Made by a program: the position numbers and the translations under genes. From sequence record PQ309151.1: a stretch of 64,000 nt of DNA; one strand, 5' to 3'. Positions 1 to 10,132 of the stretch are shown here, piece by piece. How positions within the stretch are numbered: the stretch's first letter is position 1; each line of letters begins with the position of its first letter. The notes beneath the pieces were generated by a model. That model did no database searches, was not told the origin of the DNA, and saw only the letters and a program-made list of their open reading frames with translations.

Positions 1-187
1 CTTTCCAGAGTTCCTCGATGTCCGAATTTGGAGTGATGTCGTTTGCTTCCGACTCCAAAGTGATACGTCGAGTTGCAGCACCTATAAGATCCACCTGAAT
101 GGGTTTGTTGACCTGAGCCTTACGGTACTCGATGGGTGCACCGAGAAAACCGTTCGGATAGAGTTTCAACCCACCGAAGATTTTCAT
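1..187 (-). CDS. 5' part of a probable virion/head protein (runs off the window)
   Basis: Manual translation MKIFGGLKLYPNGFLGAPIEYRKAQVNKPIQVDLIGAATRRITLESEAND...; ATG at 187-185 overlaps the TAA of the upstream ORF (TAATG coupling); open to the window edge. Confidence 0.65.
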   Translation of the reverse strand, partial: MKIFGGLKLYPNGFLGAPIEYRKAQVNKPIQVDLIGAATRRITLESEANDITPNSDIEELWK

Positions 188-1077
188 TACCGCATCTCCT
201 CTTCGGCCTTGTTGATTTTGTAAATCAAACCTTCCGACTTGTCGCGCAGGAGTTTGATCTCCTTCTCGACGCTCGGGTTCGACTTACCGGCCTGAGCTTC
301 TTCCAGGAGCAGGATACGCGACTGGATGCGACGGAGGTCTTCCTGTGCTTCCTTGTAGCGCCATGCCTGGAATTCGACGATCCACTTGCCGATGTGGAAG
401 AACGGGTTCAGGCTGACCGGGATGAAACCCATCTTGAACGGGTCCATCTTCAGTTTGCCAAACAGCGCGTTGTTATCGTCGCTGTCCACGTCCACCTTCA
501 CGTTGGGGATGTCGTCGAACTTCGCCTTAAACTTGTCATCCGACAGCGATGCGAGGACTTCCAGGAAGAACGGGAAACGCGAATCGACCCAGGCAGCTTC
601 GCCTTTGGTCATGTTGTCCTTCTGATAGTCCTCGTACATGCCGATAGCATCGGTCTCGTACACCGTGACTGCTTCGATGAACTTGCGGCTGAAGCGATTC
701 AGGAACGAAGCGCTGTCCACCAGTTGCATCATCACAGCCGAGCGGTGATCGATCGTTGCTTGCGACACGGTGTCAGGCATCGACTTGCGGATTTCCTGAG
801 CCAGGATATCCAGGTTCTTGGCGACGTGGTGGAGACGTTCCTTCAGGTCTTCGATGACAGCCGCGTTGCGTCCCAGACGGAATGCTTCGCGATACTTTTC
901 TTCGTAACCGAGGACCATCTCCGACTTCGGCTTGTGGGTTTTGAACGCCGCAGCAGCAGTAGTGACGATCGGCAAGGTCTTGGTGCTCAGATCCTGCTGG
1001 ACCACATCCAGCGCGGTAAGCACTTCGTCCTTGCTCGTCACACCTTTGAGCGACTTGACGTAAGCGTTGATGTTCAT
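187..1077 (-). CDS. Virion inner-head/inner-body protein (phiKZ gp90-like by size and synteny)
   Basis: 296 aa, helical, C-terminal coiled coil; lies in the head-protein operon. Confidence 0.6.
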   Translation of the reverse strand: MNINAYVKSLKGVTSKDEVLTALDVVQQDLSTKTLPIVTTAAAAFKTHKPKSEMVLGYEEKYREAFRLGRNAAVIEDLKERLHHVAKNLDILAQEIRKSMPDTVSQATIDHRSAVMMQLVDSASFLNRFSRKFIEAVTVYETDAIGMYEDYQKDNMTKGEAAWVDSRFPFFLEVLASLSDDKFKAKFDDIPNVKVDVDSDDNNALFGKLKMDPFKMGFIPVSLNPFFHIGKWIVEFQAWRYKEAQEDLRRIQSRILLLEEAQAGKSNPSVEKEIKLLRDKSEGLIYKINKAEEEMR

Positions 1078-1090
1078 GGTGGCGTGCCTT

Positions 1091-2191
1091 TTAGAAACTC
1101 GGTGCGTTGCCGAGCTGGTAAGCTTTCAGAATATCGGTGATCGACGTGCTTTCCTTCTGGTTGGCTGCCTTGCACTCACGGATCGACAGATCCGACACCG
1201 ACGGGATACCGGTCGTGTAAAACTGCACACGGTCGTATTCCGTATCCATCACCGCCACGATGAACAGACCCGTTGCGTCGAACAGCCGCTGGCGCGCCTT
1301 GAAGTTGCTGAACTTGTCGTTCATCGCCAGTTCAACCTTCTTGATGGTTTCCGTCGTGGTCACCACCAGGTTCGTCGAATTGGCCACCGACGGGTTGAGC
1401 GACAGCATGCCGGCAAACTTGTTGTTGCGGCGCTGATTCGCCAATGCCGTGTAGACGCCCGTCTTGTCCTGCATCAGGGTCTTCTTGTGTTCCTTCACGA
1501 GGTCACGTGCCGTGAGCAGATCGACCAGATTGATCTGACCGCTACGGTACTTGATCCAGCGCGAGGACACATCGTTGTCGACGTGACCGGTCGAGAGCAG
1601 CTTCGACAGCAGGTCCGGGACCATCGTCGAGGCTTGCAGGCGGATCATGATCGGCAGTGTGCCCTTGTTGCCACCGGCCGAGATCTGCACTTCCAGGAGC
1701 TTGCCCACCGACAGGTTGGACGCTTCCTTGATCACCTCCGTCGAACGTGCTGCCAGGCCACCCGGTTCCGAGATTTCATTCTCGCCACCGAGCATCTGCG
1801 TAGCTTCGTTCGAAATCGACTTGAACGACGGCAACTTGTGCTTGAAGCTTTCGTTGGACATCGTCCAGATTGCGCCAGCAGTATCGATGGCACTGTCTTT
1901 GGGCGAACGGTTCGGATTGAGCTTGTCCAGGTGACGCGCGACCGCGATGTTGTCGATGCTAGCCTGGAGCATGTTCCAGGACAGCAGATAGTATGCCGAA
2001 AAAGCCGAATGCAGTGACTGGGTCACTGTGGGCGTATTTTCGTTGAAGAGCACACTGGAGTCGACGATCATCAGAGGTTCGACGCGCGCAGGACGGGTGT
2101 AGTCGACGTACGAATCGGCAGTGCCGGAACGCATTGCGTCGATTACTTTGCCAGCGGTAACGAGGCCGGCTTCTCCAAGCTTTTCAAGCAT
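1091..2191 (-). CDS. Major inner-head structural protein (phiKZ gp89-like)
   Basis: 366 aa; YTRPARVEPLMIVD motif recalled from phiKZ-like head proteins; S-N-E motifs resembling prohead protease sites; synteny. Confidence 0.65.
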   Translation of the reverse strand: MLEKLGEAGLVTAGKVIDAMRSGTADSYVDYTRPARVEPLMIVDSSVLFNENTPTVTQSLHSAFSAYYLLSWNMLQASIDNIAVARHLDKLNPNRSPKDSAIDTAGAIWTMSNESFKHKLPSFKSISNEATQMLGGENEISEPGGLAARSTEVIKEASNLSVGKLLEVQISAGGNKGTLPIMIRLQASTMVPDLLSKLLSTGHVDNDVSSRWIKYRSGQINLVDLLTARDLVKEHKKTLMQDKTGVYTALANQRRNNKFAGMLSLNPSVANSTNLVVTTTETIKKVELAMNDKFSNFKARQRLFDATGLFIVAVMDTEYDRVQFYTTGIPSVSDLSIRECKAANQKESTSITDILKAYQLGNAPSF

Positions 2192-2224
2192 GATTTCATT
2201 CCTCGGGATAACAGGACTTTTAAA

Positions 2225-3493
2225 GTGGATAACAGATTAGATCTAACGATCGACCAGATCTATTCACTCGGCAAAAACGGGTCAGAGACCCTCCAGGCTG
2301 GGCTGGATCGAATCTATAATTCGACCCCGCTTGGTCCGCTGCCGAGTAATATGGTCAACACGATTTACGGTATCAACCACCGACAGACTCAGTTGGCTTT
2401 GCCTTTCAACCGCGACAATTATGGTTTAACATTTTTTACGCGGCCGAGGATGAACCTGACCACCAACAACATTCGTTTTGTTCGGCAAATGTATCCGTTG
2501 TTGAACACGGAGCCACGGTCTATTCAGCGGATCATTCGCTGTTTGCTGGACCCCTCACTGGCATTTCCAGACACGCAGTATACACAGATCCAACCCGTCA
2601 AGTCGCCCTATGTGGACGACATGAATATGTTTATTCCACTGCTGTCAAACCTCTGTCTGACAATTTCCGGCTGGCCTGATTTCGTCGTAGATACTCATAC
2701 GACGCCCGAGGGACATTACCGGGAATCGCACAGCATGGTAGACAGCAGTATTGAAGTAAGAAACACATACGAATTGTCGGCTTCCTTTCGGAACATACCG
2801 AATAATCCGGTCACATTATTGTTTTATTTCTGGATCTTCTACGCATCGAAGGTCTTCGAAGGTGAAATGATTCCGTATGGCTCCTCGCTGTACGAAAATG
2901 AGATCGATTACAACACACGAATCTACCGTCTGATCCTGGATCCGACCAAGCGATATGTTCAACATATCTTGTCGACGGGAGCTTCTTTCCCCCTCAATGC
3001 ACCCGTTGGTGCCCTGGGTAACTTCGACCACGACCAGCCCTTCAATGAATCAGGGGACAACGTTAACATCCGCTTCCAGTGTATCGGGATGGATTACAAC
3101 GATCCGATCCAGATTCAGGAGTTCAACGCCGCTGTGTCGCTCTTGAATCCTGGCATGGGTGATGGTTACCGTGACCAGTATTACATCAAGATCCCTTATC
3201 AGATCCTCTCGTTCTTTAACATGCGTGGTTATCCTCGTATCGAGAAGAGCACGATGGAACTGGAGTGGTACGTGTCCTATGCGATGTTCAATTCGTACGC
3301 TCAGCAGTTGGCTGACTTCGCGAATATCCAGGGTATGCGCAACCAGACTTTCTTGCAATATATTTCCGCAGGCGACTCTACTAATTATAAGAAAGCCTTG
3401 GATGACCTGGATACCGAAAACCTGAACCAAGTCTTTAATGGCGGTGTCGTAAGACAACCGGTCAATGGAGACTCGGGTTCTTCTCAGACTTAA
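2225..3493 (+). CDS. Virion structural protein, tail/baseplate-associated (phiKZ gp88-like)
   Basis: 422 aa, GTG start; GINHRQ...NYGLTFFTRPRMNL motif recalled from phiKZ-like structural proteins; divergent from the head operon. Confidence 0.6.
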   Translation: MDNRLDLTIDQIYSLGKNGSETLQAGLDRIYNSTPLGPLPSNMVNTIYGINHRQTQLALPFNRDNYGLTFFTRPRMNLTTNNIRFVRQMYPLLNTEPRSIQRIIRCLLDPSLAFPDTQYTQIQPVKSPYVDDMNMFIPLLSNLCLTISGWPDFVVDTHTTPEGHYRESHSMVDSSIEVRNTYELSASFRNIPNNPVTLLFYFWIFYASKVFEGEMIPYGSSLYENEIDYNTRIYRLILDPTKRYVQHILSTGASFPLNAPVGALGNFDHDQPFNESGDNVNIRFQCIGMDYNDPIQIQEFNAAVSLLNPGMGDGYRDQYYIKIPYQILSFFNMRGYPRIEKSTMELEWYVSYAMFNSYAQQLADFANIQGMRNQTFLQYISAGDSTNYKKALDDLDTENLNQVFNGGVVRQPVNGDSGSSQT

Positions 3494-3507
3494 CTGGAGC
3501 CATTTGA

Positions 3508-6426
3508 ATGGGCACTATTCGTGACATCATGAACGACGCACTGGCTGCGTCGTATGACCCTAGTGGTCAGTTCAGAGCGTCAATGCGTACACTAGTTGCG
3601 ATTATGGGGGGAGAGATCGATAATGTTTCTCCAGCCAACCCGGTAGTAGCCACTATTGAAAGCACTGGAGCACTGATTGCAGCTTTCACTGAGAGCATGC
3701 AGACTCAGACACAACGTCTCCTGCAAGTGAATGCCCTGACGCCTGAGGATCTCTATCCGCATATGGCGGACATTCATTTCACCAACATCTTCAACCTGCC
3801 TGCGAAGACGACTTTCACTCTGATTCTGGATAAGAAGGAAATCCTGAATTCGATGAAGCCGATTGCCGGTACGATGTCGAGTAAGGTGACGATCCCGAGG
3901 GATACGTACTTCACCATCTCGGATTATGTCTTCGGTATTCACTATCCGATTGACATCGTCCAGCAGGTGCACGGTGGCATTCGTGTTCAGTACGACACGA
4001 GTGAGACGACGGCACTGCAGGCACTCTCCACCAACATCCTGAATACCCGTGAAGTCCAACGCGATGGCGTGACGTATCTCGCAATCGACATTGATGTCTT
4101 TAACTTCACGATCACGAGCAAAACGCCGACGGTCACGCAAGGTACGACCTTTAGCTTCAACGTGGCGATCACGGATCTGTATTACGCAACCCGTGTCTAC
4201 ATGACGAATGCTGATGGTTCGTCCACCGAGATCCCGGTGACCTACAGCGAGAAGATCTATGATCCTCTCAAACCGTGTGCTGTGGTGAAGTTGAGTGATG
4301 GGAATGTAAACATTTCCGTTCCGCAAATCTACATCAACCAGGGTGTCATTCTGGGTGTGTTGCGTTGCGACGTTTACACCACGAAGGGTCCTTTGCAGAC
4401 TGATTTCTCCAGCTTTGCCATTGGCTCGGTTGGGTATCGCTTCAGAGACCTCGATAAGAACGCTGTAACGACGTATACGGCCCCGATGCAGCAATTGGAT
4501 ACCTGCACCCTACTCGCAGAGAAGCCAGTCTCTGGGGGCGCTCTGGCGATGACCTTCGACGAGTTGCGCACAGCCGTGATTGCAGATGCGATTGGGGACC
4601 CCAACATCCCGATCACGCCTGCTCAGATCCAGAACTTCATCACCCGTCTGGGTTATGACGTCATCAAGAACACCGACATCGTCACCGACCGTGTGTTCCT
4701 GGGTACGAAGAACATGCCGGACCCGACGGATCCGTCTTTACTCACTGCTGCGAACGCTTCTATCGAAACGATGAATGCGGCGTTCTCCGATCTGATCGGC
4801 AACTCGGCAGTGTTGGACAACACGTCGGATTCCAACTCCATTACCTTGACGCCTAAGGCCATTTATCAGCTGGTCGACGGTATGCTCAAGCTGGTGGATG
4901 ATTCCACGCTCGCTTCGATCAATGCAATGCGCAGCGATCTGAAGGCAACGTACATCACCAATGGTGGTTTCCTCTATTCGCCGTATTACTACGTGCTGGA
5001 TAAGAGCAACAACCAGTTCCGTCTGGCTCCGTACTACCTGGATAATCCCCAGGTTCTGTCGCAGACATTCGTGGCCGACAACGAAGGCACGCTCCTGCAA
5101 GTCAACACCAACGGTTACACGCTGGAGAAGACCGATACGGGCTACAAACTTCGACTCACGGTCAAGTCCAATGACGACTACAAGGCTTTGCTGGATACGG
5201 ACGTACAGTGTATCCTCGGCTTCAAGTCGCCGACAGAAGAAGACCGCTGCTGGATGGTTGGTACGCTTTATGGCACCGACCCTCAAAGCAAGGAACGGAT
5301 CTATGAATTCGATCTGAACTCCAACTTCGCGATGGATGTGACGGATCGTATCGATTTCCGTAACTTCAAGATGTACGACACGACCAACAAGACGATCTTT
5401 GCGGATCTCACGCAAGACTTCACGGTTATCTATGCGTCCCAATCGCAAATGGGTAACCTCTTCGTGCCTGGTTTGATTGACGCACTGCTTCCGCGTTATC
5501 TTGTCGGCATGAACAGCAAGGCAATCTGTCAGGAAAAGCTTTCGCTGCAATTCGGTCAGGCTTTGTCCAACCTCTGGGCACGTGCTCGTTCGGTTGCTTC
5601 CACGATCGAATACGAAACGTATCCGACTGACGTTATCCTGCGTTACCCGGATGATGTCTGGAAGGTGGATCCTGCCACCAACAGCCAGATCTTCATGGTC
5701 AATGGTCAGCCCACTCGCATCAAGCTGCACGCGAAGGATGATCCGATGCTGGACGTGAACGGTCATCAGCAAGTCCAGTATCCGGCAGGTTCGATCAAGT
5801 ATGACTACACACAGAACCCGCCTGTACCGATCGTGAAGAACGTTCGTTATCTGAAACATCGCTTCGAGTTGTTCCTGATCGAAGGTGTCTATGCGTTCAG
5901 TAACGACGACATCGCGGTTGCCTATCGTAACACTGTTGCTCAAACGGTGGCTTCGTGGGTGACGACCGACATGGTGAACGTTCAGAAGGCTTCGATGGAT
6001 AAGACGCGAGTCTACTTCTATCCGAAGACTATCTTCGGCACCATCGAGGTTGTGGTGGCCGATGGCATCATCCAGCAAATCTCGGCAGGTCAGCGTTTCG
6101 ACGTTGCACTGACTGTGACGAAGGAAGTTTACCAGGATGATGTCAAACGTCAGCTGTTGACTGATCAGACGACGACGGTAATCGCCGCCTATCTGAAAGG
6201 TCGGACGCTCTCCAATAGCGATATCGTGGAGAAGCTGCGTGACAGCTACGGTGACGACGTGCTGGATGCTCAGGTGTCGCTCTTTGGCGATGCTGCGAAC
6301 ATTCCGGTCATGCAGCTGGTCAATGAAGTTCACTGCTGTGGTATTCGGAAACGACTGGTGTCGCGTGACGACAACAAGCTGGTCGTGGAAGAAGACATCA
6401 ACGTGACCTTCACGATGATTCAGTAA
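3508..6426 (+). CDS. Large baseplate (wedge-like) structural protein (phiKZ gp87-like)
   Basis: 972 aa, beta-rich; ITPAQIQNF segment reminiscent of baseplate-wedge motifs; size and synteny. Confidence 0.6.
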   Translation: MGTIRDIMNDALAASYDPSGQFRASMRTLVAIMGGEIDNVSPANPVVATIESTGALIAAFTESMQTQTQRLLQVNALTPEDLYPHMADIHFTNIFNLPAKTTFTLILDKKEILNSMKPIAGTMSSKVTIPRDTYFTISDYVFGIHYPIDIVQQVHGGIRVQYDTSETTALQALSTNILNTREVQRDGVTYLAIDIDVFNFTITSKTPTVTQGTTFSFNVAITDLYYATRVYMTNADGSSTEIPVTYSEKIYDPLKPCAVVKLSDGNVNISVPQIYINQGVILGVLRCDVYTTKGPLQTDFSSFAIGSVGYRFRDLDKNAVTTYTAPMQQLDTCTLLAEKPVSGGALAMTFDELRTAVIADAIGDPNIPITPAQIQNFITRLGYDVIKNTDIVTDRVFLGTKNMPDPTDPSLLTAANASIETMNAAFSDLIGNSAVLDNTSDSNSITLTPKAIYQLVDGMLKLVDDSTLASINAMRSDLKATYITNGGFLYSPYYYVLDKSNNQFRLAPYYLDNPQVLSQTFVADNEGTLLQVNTNGYTLEKTDTGYKLRLTVKSNDDYKALLDTDVQCILGFKSPTEEDRCWMVGTLYGTDPQSKERIYEFDLNSNFAMDVTDRIDFRNFKMYDTTNKTIFADLTQDFTVIYASQSQMGNLFVPGLIDALLPRYLVGMNSKAICQEKLSLQFGQALSNLWARARSVASTIEYETYPTDVILRYPDDVWKVDPATNSQIFMVNGQPTRIKLHAKDDPMLDVNGHQQVQYPAGSIKYDYTQNPPVPIVKNVRYLKHRFELFLIEGVYAFSNDDIAVAYRNTVAQTVASWVTTDMVNVQKASMDKTRVYFYPKTIFGTIEVVVADGIIQQISAGQRFDVALTVTKEVYQDDVKRQLLTDQTTTVIAAYLKGRTLSNSDIVEKLRDSYGDDVLDAQVSLFGDAANIPVMQLVNEVHCCGIRKRLVSRDDNKLVVEEDINVTFTMIQ

Positions 6427-6437
6427 CATAGATGAAC

Positions 6438-6471
6438 CATACACACCTGGGCTTACGCCCAGGTGTGTATG
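6438..6471. terminator. Hairpin between convergent genes (CATA-stem-GTAA loop-stem-TATG)
   Basis: CATACACACCTGGGC-TTAC-GCCCAGGTGTGTATG, perfect 15-bp inverted repeat, no U-tract. Confidence 0.7.
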
Positions 6472-6482
6472 TGCTCTTTCGT

Positions 6483-8267
6483 TTATTCGTCAGTCTTTTG
6501 ACCCGTGACGATCTTCAAGGCTTTACCAGCCTCTTCGGTCGACATGGTGATCGAAGGACGATCATCATCTTCATCATCCGAGCCGCCAAACGACACCTTC
6601 AGGTGCTTGACGGAGACGAACGGAAGCATGTGTTGGTTGACCACCGCTTCTTTCGTTTCTTTACTCAGATGCGACAGATCGTCGACCAGTTCTTCCAGTG
6701 ACGGAGGAACCATCTCGCCTTCGTTGTTGTAGAGTGCCACGAGACCTGCGGCATTCTTGCGCAACGTATTGACGACTTCAGCAGCGTTCTTGGTGACTTC
6801 CGTGTAAACACGGGAGATCTCCGCATACACTCGCATCAGACCAGCGTAGTTCTCGGTCAGAATGCGTTGCAGACGAATGATCGACTCAGCCTGAGCTTTG
6901 CGTTCAGGACGTGACGGATCACGTGCCGACGTTTTCTGAAGACCCTTGGCGGCTTCTTCAAGTTTCTGCAAAGCCGGTTGGGACTTCTTCAGAAGCTCGA
7001 TAAAGACGATCATGCCACGCCAGTTGACTTCCTTCAGACGACGCACACCGATCTGGTAACCAGAGAGCAGTTCTTCCAGGTCGTTGAAGTTCGGCTCTTG
7101 CGAACCTTCTTCATGGATCTTGTTCTTCAGATCCATCGCCCATTCGTTGGCAGTCATGTAGGTATGGGTGCCGATCTTGAACGCAGCAGGACGCTCGTCC
7201 GAAATACTAGCCAGAGTCAGAAGGCTGGAACGCTCCTTCTCATAGGCTTGACTCGGGACCGGATTGGAGTTCGTGAAGGCGGACATCATTTCCTTGCCAG
7301 CCGCGAACGCTTCTTCCAGTGCATCCAGTTCCGACGCCATGATCTTGCTGTAGCTGTTGAAGCCTTCGAACGAAGCCGTAACCAGGTTCATTGCTTCACC
7401 GCGCGTTGTCGCGAACACGATACGAGCGTATCGGCTCGGTTTGCGCATGAACTCCAGCACCTGCTGACCGCCTTCGAGACCCAGCAAAGCTTCAGACAGG
7501 TTGATCTTCAGGAAGTGGGCGCGCTTCGATCCCGGATCGATCTTGGTGTTATCCAACAGATCCGGGATCTCCTTGATGATCTGGTCTTGAACCGACTGGG
7601 GCAGAGACGAGTTGCGAATCTTCTCGTGACTGATAGCCGACGGAAGACCGATGCTGACTTCTTTGCCTCGGACCGCACGCACTTTCGAAACAGTCCGCTC
7701 CAGCGCCTTTTCTTGTTGATCGACCTTCTTCTCGGTTTCCTTGATGCCCTGTTCCGCTTTGTCGAGCGAACCGCCACCCGAACCGCCACTGGAGCCATTG
7801 CCATCGCCGAACAGCCAGCTGATGAACTTGTAGATGATCGCAACCAGGAATGCTGCTGCTGCTGCAATCACTACCCACATCTGGGTCGAGATCGATTCCA
7901 GACTGGCTTCATAGCCGACGCCCGAAACATCTTCCGTGAAGTAGTTGGGTTTGACGTGGGATTCGAGAGACGGAATCAATTCCACCAACTCGTAAGCCAT
8001 CCCACGGCTCATACCCTTCGCCTTCTTCATCCGCTTTTCAAAATCGATCAGACGGTTGATGTACGACTCGGTCGAGATGATCAGATCGATGTCATCCTTC
8101 ATCTCCGGAAACTGGTTGGCCAATTCCGGTTGTTTGAAGAAGTCCGTATCCGGCAACTCGAAACCGCTGTTGGGTCCGCCCTCAGCCGCTGATTGCATGG
8201 CTTGAGCACGGATCTCCTCGTTATCGTTGAACTTGTCCCACGTGAAGATGGAATCACCCCGCATCAT
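6483..8267 (-). CDS. Inner-head/ejection-type virion protein with one hydrophobic segment
   Basis: 594 aa; acidic propeptide-like N-terminus with STE/GYE/SLE motifs, then MWVVIAAAAAFLVAIIYKFISWLF and a Gly/Ser linker. Confidence 0.6.
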   Translation of the reverse strand: MMRGDSIFTWDKFNDNEEIRAQAMQSAAEGGPNSGFELPDTDFFKQPELANQFPEMKDDIDLIISTESYINRLIDFEKRMKKAKGMSRGMAYELVELIPSLESHVKPNYFTEDVSGVGYEASLESISTQMWVVIAAAAAFLVAIIYKFISWLFGDGNGSSGGSGGGSLDKAEQGIKETEKKVDQQEKALERTVSKVRAVRGKEVSIGLPSAISHEKIRNSSLPQSVQDQIIKEIPDLLDNTKIDPGSKRAHFLKINLSEALLGLEGGQQVLEFMRKPSRYARIVFATTRGEAMNLVTASFEGFNSYSKIMASELDALEEAFAAGKEMMSAFTNSNPVPSQAYEKERSSLLTLASISDERPAAFKIGTHTYMTANEWAMDLKNKIHEEGSQEPNFNDLEELLSGYQIGVRRLKEVNWRGMIVFIELLKKSQPALQKLEEAAKGLQKTSARDPSRPERKAQAESIIRLQRILTENYAGLMRVYAEISRVYTEVTKNAAEVVNTLRKNAAGLVALYNNEGEMVPPSLEELVDDLSHLSKETKEAVVNQHMLPFVSVKHLKVSFGGSDDEDDDRPSITMSTEEAGKALKIVTGQKTDE

Positions 8268-8278
8268 GGCGATTCACC

Positions 8279-8755
8279 TTACGACAGGCTGATCTTGTTG
8301 TTCTGCCGCAGCTTGCTGATCAGCAGGTTGGCCAGTTGGAGCACGCTGGAAGCCTGCATACCGACTTCCTTGATCGCATTCCACACTTCGACCGGCATGA
8401 CCGGTGCAATACCCAACGCCGTGGCCAGGAAATCGAATTCCGGGTTGACGTTGTAGTCGCACGCATCGCCATTCAGGATACGGCTGCGCAGCAGGAACAT
8501 CATCTTCGCGGCTTCGCAGGTCGTCATCACGTCGATGAGGATTTCCTCGTTGAGGAACGACACCGTACGTGCCACGTTTGCCGTGTGGGCATCTGCGAAC
8601 ACCGTCATGGGGTTCAGTTCGTTGCCGATCTTCGGAACGAGGTGATTGCCGATTGCCATACCGATGATGTACGGCAGAATCAGGCGACGCTTGGCGGAAT
8701 CGGGCAGCATGAGGCTGACCTTGCCAGCGAATTCTTGGACTTCGAAATTCTGCAT
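8279..8755 (-). CDS. Small virion protein (phiKZ gp85-like by synteny)
   Basis: 158 aa, closely spaced in the head operon, strong codon bias. Confidence 0.5.
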   Translation of the reverse strand: MQNFEVQEFAGKVSLMLPDSAKRRLILPYIIGMAIGNHLVPKIGNELNPMTVFADAHTANVARTVSFLNEEILIDVMTTCEAAKMMFLLRSRILNGDACDYNVNPEFDFLATALGIAPVMPVEVWNAIKEVGMQASSVLQLANLLISKLRQNNKISLS

Positions 8756-8770
8756 GATGGTGACCTGTTG

Positions 8771-10081
8771 TTAAGCGTGACGGAACTTGTTTGCGTAGTA
8801 GAACAGCTTGTTGGACGCCATGTCCTCCAGCTGTTGCTGGAATTCAATCTGTTTGCGTTTGTTGACGCCCGACGGAATCAGGTAGTCATAGACCAGGCCC
8901 ACGAGTTGGGTATGGTCCTTGAAGGCTTCGTTGGTCTTGTCGATGACCTCGATGTCTTCACGGATGCGGGCCGAGTCTTCTTTCGTCAGACCCGGTTCCT
9001 TCAGTTCGTTCACGAGATCGTTGCGGATACGCGTGAAACGACGACCAGCCTTGTCGTACCAGTCGTGGTGGCTGTCAGCCAGCAGGAGACCAGCGAGCAG
9101 CACGAACGTCGTGTACGCACCGTAGACCTGTCCGATTGCGATTTCGAAGATGCCGAGCGCCAGAACACAGACCTTCACGAATTCCATGAAGAAGTAGCCG
9201 AGCCAGCCACGACGATAAATCGTGCCCTTGTACATCTTGTCCAGAGCCGTCACGAGATCTCGTCCTGCGCCATGGCGCGTTGCGAACTGATCCGAGAGCG
9301 CTTCGAAGCTGTTGATGTCGTAGCCTTCCATGCCCGATTGGCTCTTGTTGTTGCGTGCCAGGTTCGAGATGATGACCGTGTAGATCGTCGTGTTGTTCTT
9401 GTTCGACAGATCCTGAGCGTCCACGTTCTTCAGGCCCAGCAGATCGCCGGCTTCCTTGATAACGAGTTCACGTTTGCCATGATCGGTCGTGCCATCGAGC
9501 TCACGCACCATGCCGATGAGGATCTGGTTCGTCGTACGGAAACGCACGAGGAATTCGAAGAACGCCCAGACGTGGCCGATTTCATGCAGAATGATTGCCG
9601 AGAGTTCCGGGCTCGTGTATTCACGGCCATCGAACAGCTTGTACAGAAGACCCTTGTTGCCGTAGATCATCGCGGCATTCAGGTACATCTTGATCGGGGG
9701 CAGTTCTGCGAAGTAGCCATCCACCCAGCCAGCGTTCAGATCCAGGAAGCCGCGGACTTCCTTATCCTTGTTCTTGCGGATGTCTGCGAGGCTGTGCTTG
9801 GAGAGCGTCGTGTCTTTCCAGCCATAGCCTTCGAGCAGCGGGCTGTTCTTATCGATATGCGGGGGCTGCGTCATCATCGGCATGTCGCCGACCGAGATGT
9901 CGAAGTTGATGTTCGTGTTGTCTTTGATGCACTTGGCAACAGCGATCTCGAACTCGGTACGAGCATTACCGCCACTGTTGGTGCGGTACTTATCGATGAT
10001 CGCCGTCAACTCGCGATGGAAGCGATCGTTCTGGAACGAAATGCTCTCCGGCGAGTAGATGGGATTGATGGTTGTAAACAT
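8771..10081 (-). CDS. Virion head protein with HExGH zincin-like motif (phiKZ gp84-like)
   Basis: 436 aa; IILHEIGH motif, EALSDQFA segment, hydrophobic stretch near aa 290-330. Confidence 0.6.
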   Translation of the reverse strand: MFTTINPIYSPESISFQNDRFHRELTAIIDKYRTNSGGNARTEFEIAVAKCIKDNTNINFDISVGDMPMMTQPPHIDKNSPLLEGYGWKDTTLSKHSLADIRKNKDKEVRGFLDLNAGWVDGYFAELPPIKMYLNAAMIYGNKGLLYKLFDGREYTSPELSAIILHEIGHVWAFFEFLVRFRTTNQILIGMVRELDGTTDHGKRELVIKEAGDLLGLKNVDAQDLSNKNNTTIYTVIISNLARNNKSQSGMEGYDINSFEALSDQFATRHGAGRDLVTALDKMYKGTIYRRGWLGYFFMEFVKVCVLALGIFEIAIGQVYGAYTTFVLLAGLLLADSHHDWYDKAGRRFTRIRNDLVNELKEPGLTKEDSARIREDIEVIDKTNEAFKDHTQLVGLVYDYLIPSGVNKRKQIEFQQQLEDMASNKLFYYANKFRHA

Positions 10082-10132
10082 GTTTGGCCGACCTTTTGGT
10101 AACGGTAATTAAAAATCAGACGACACAATGTT

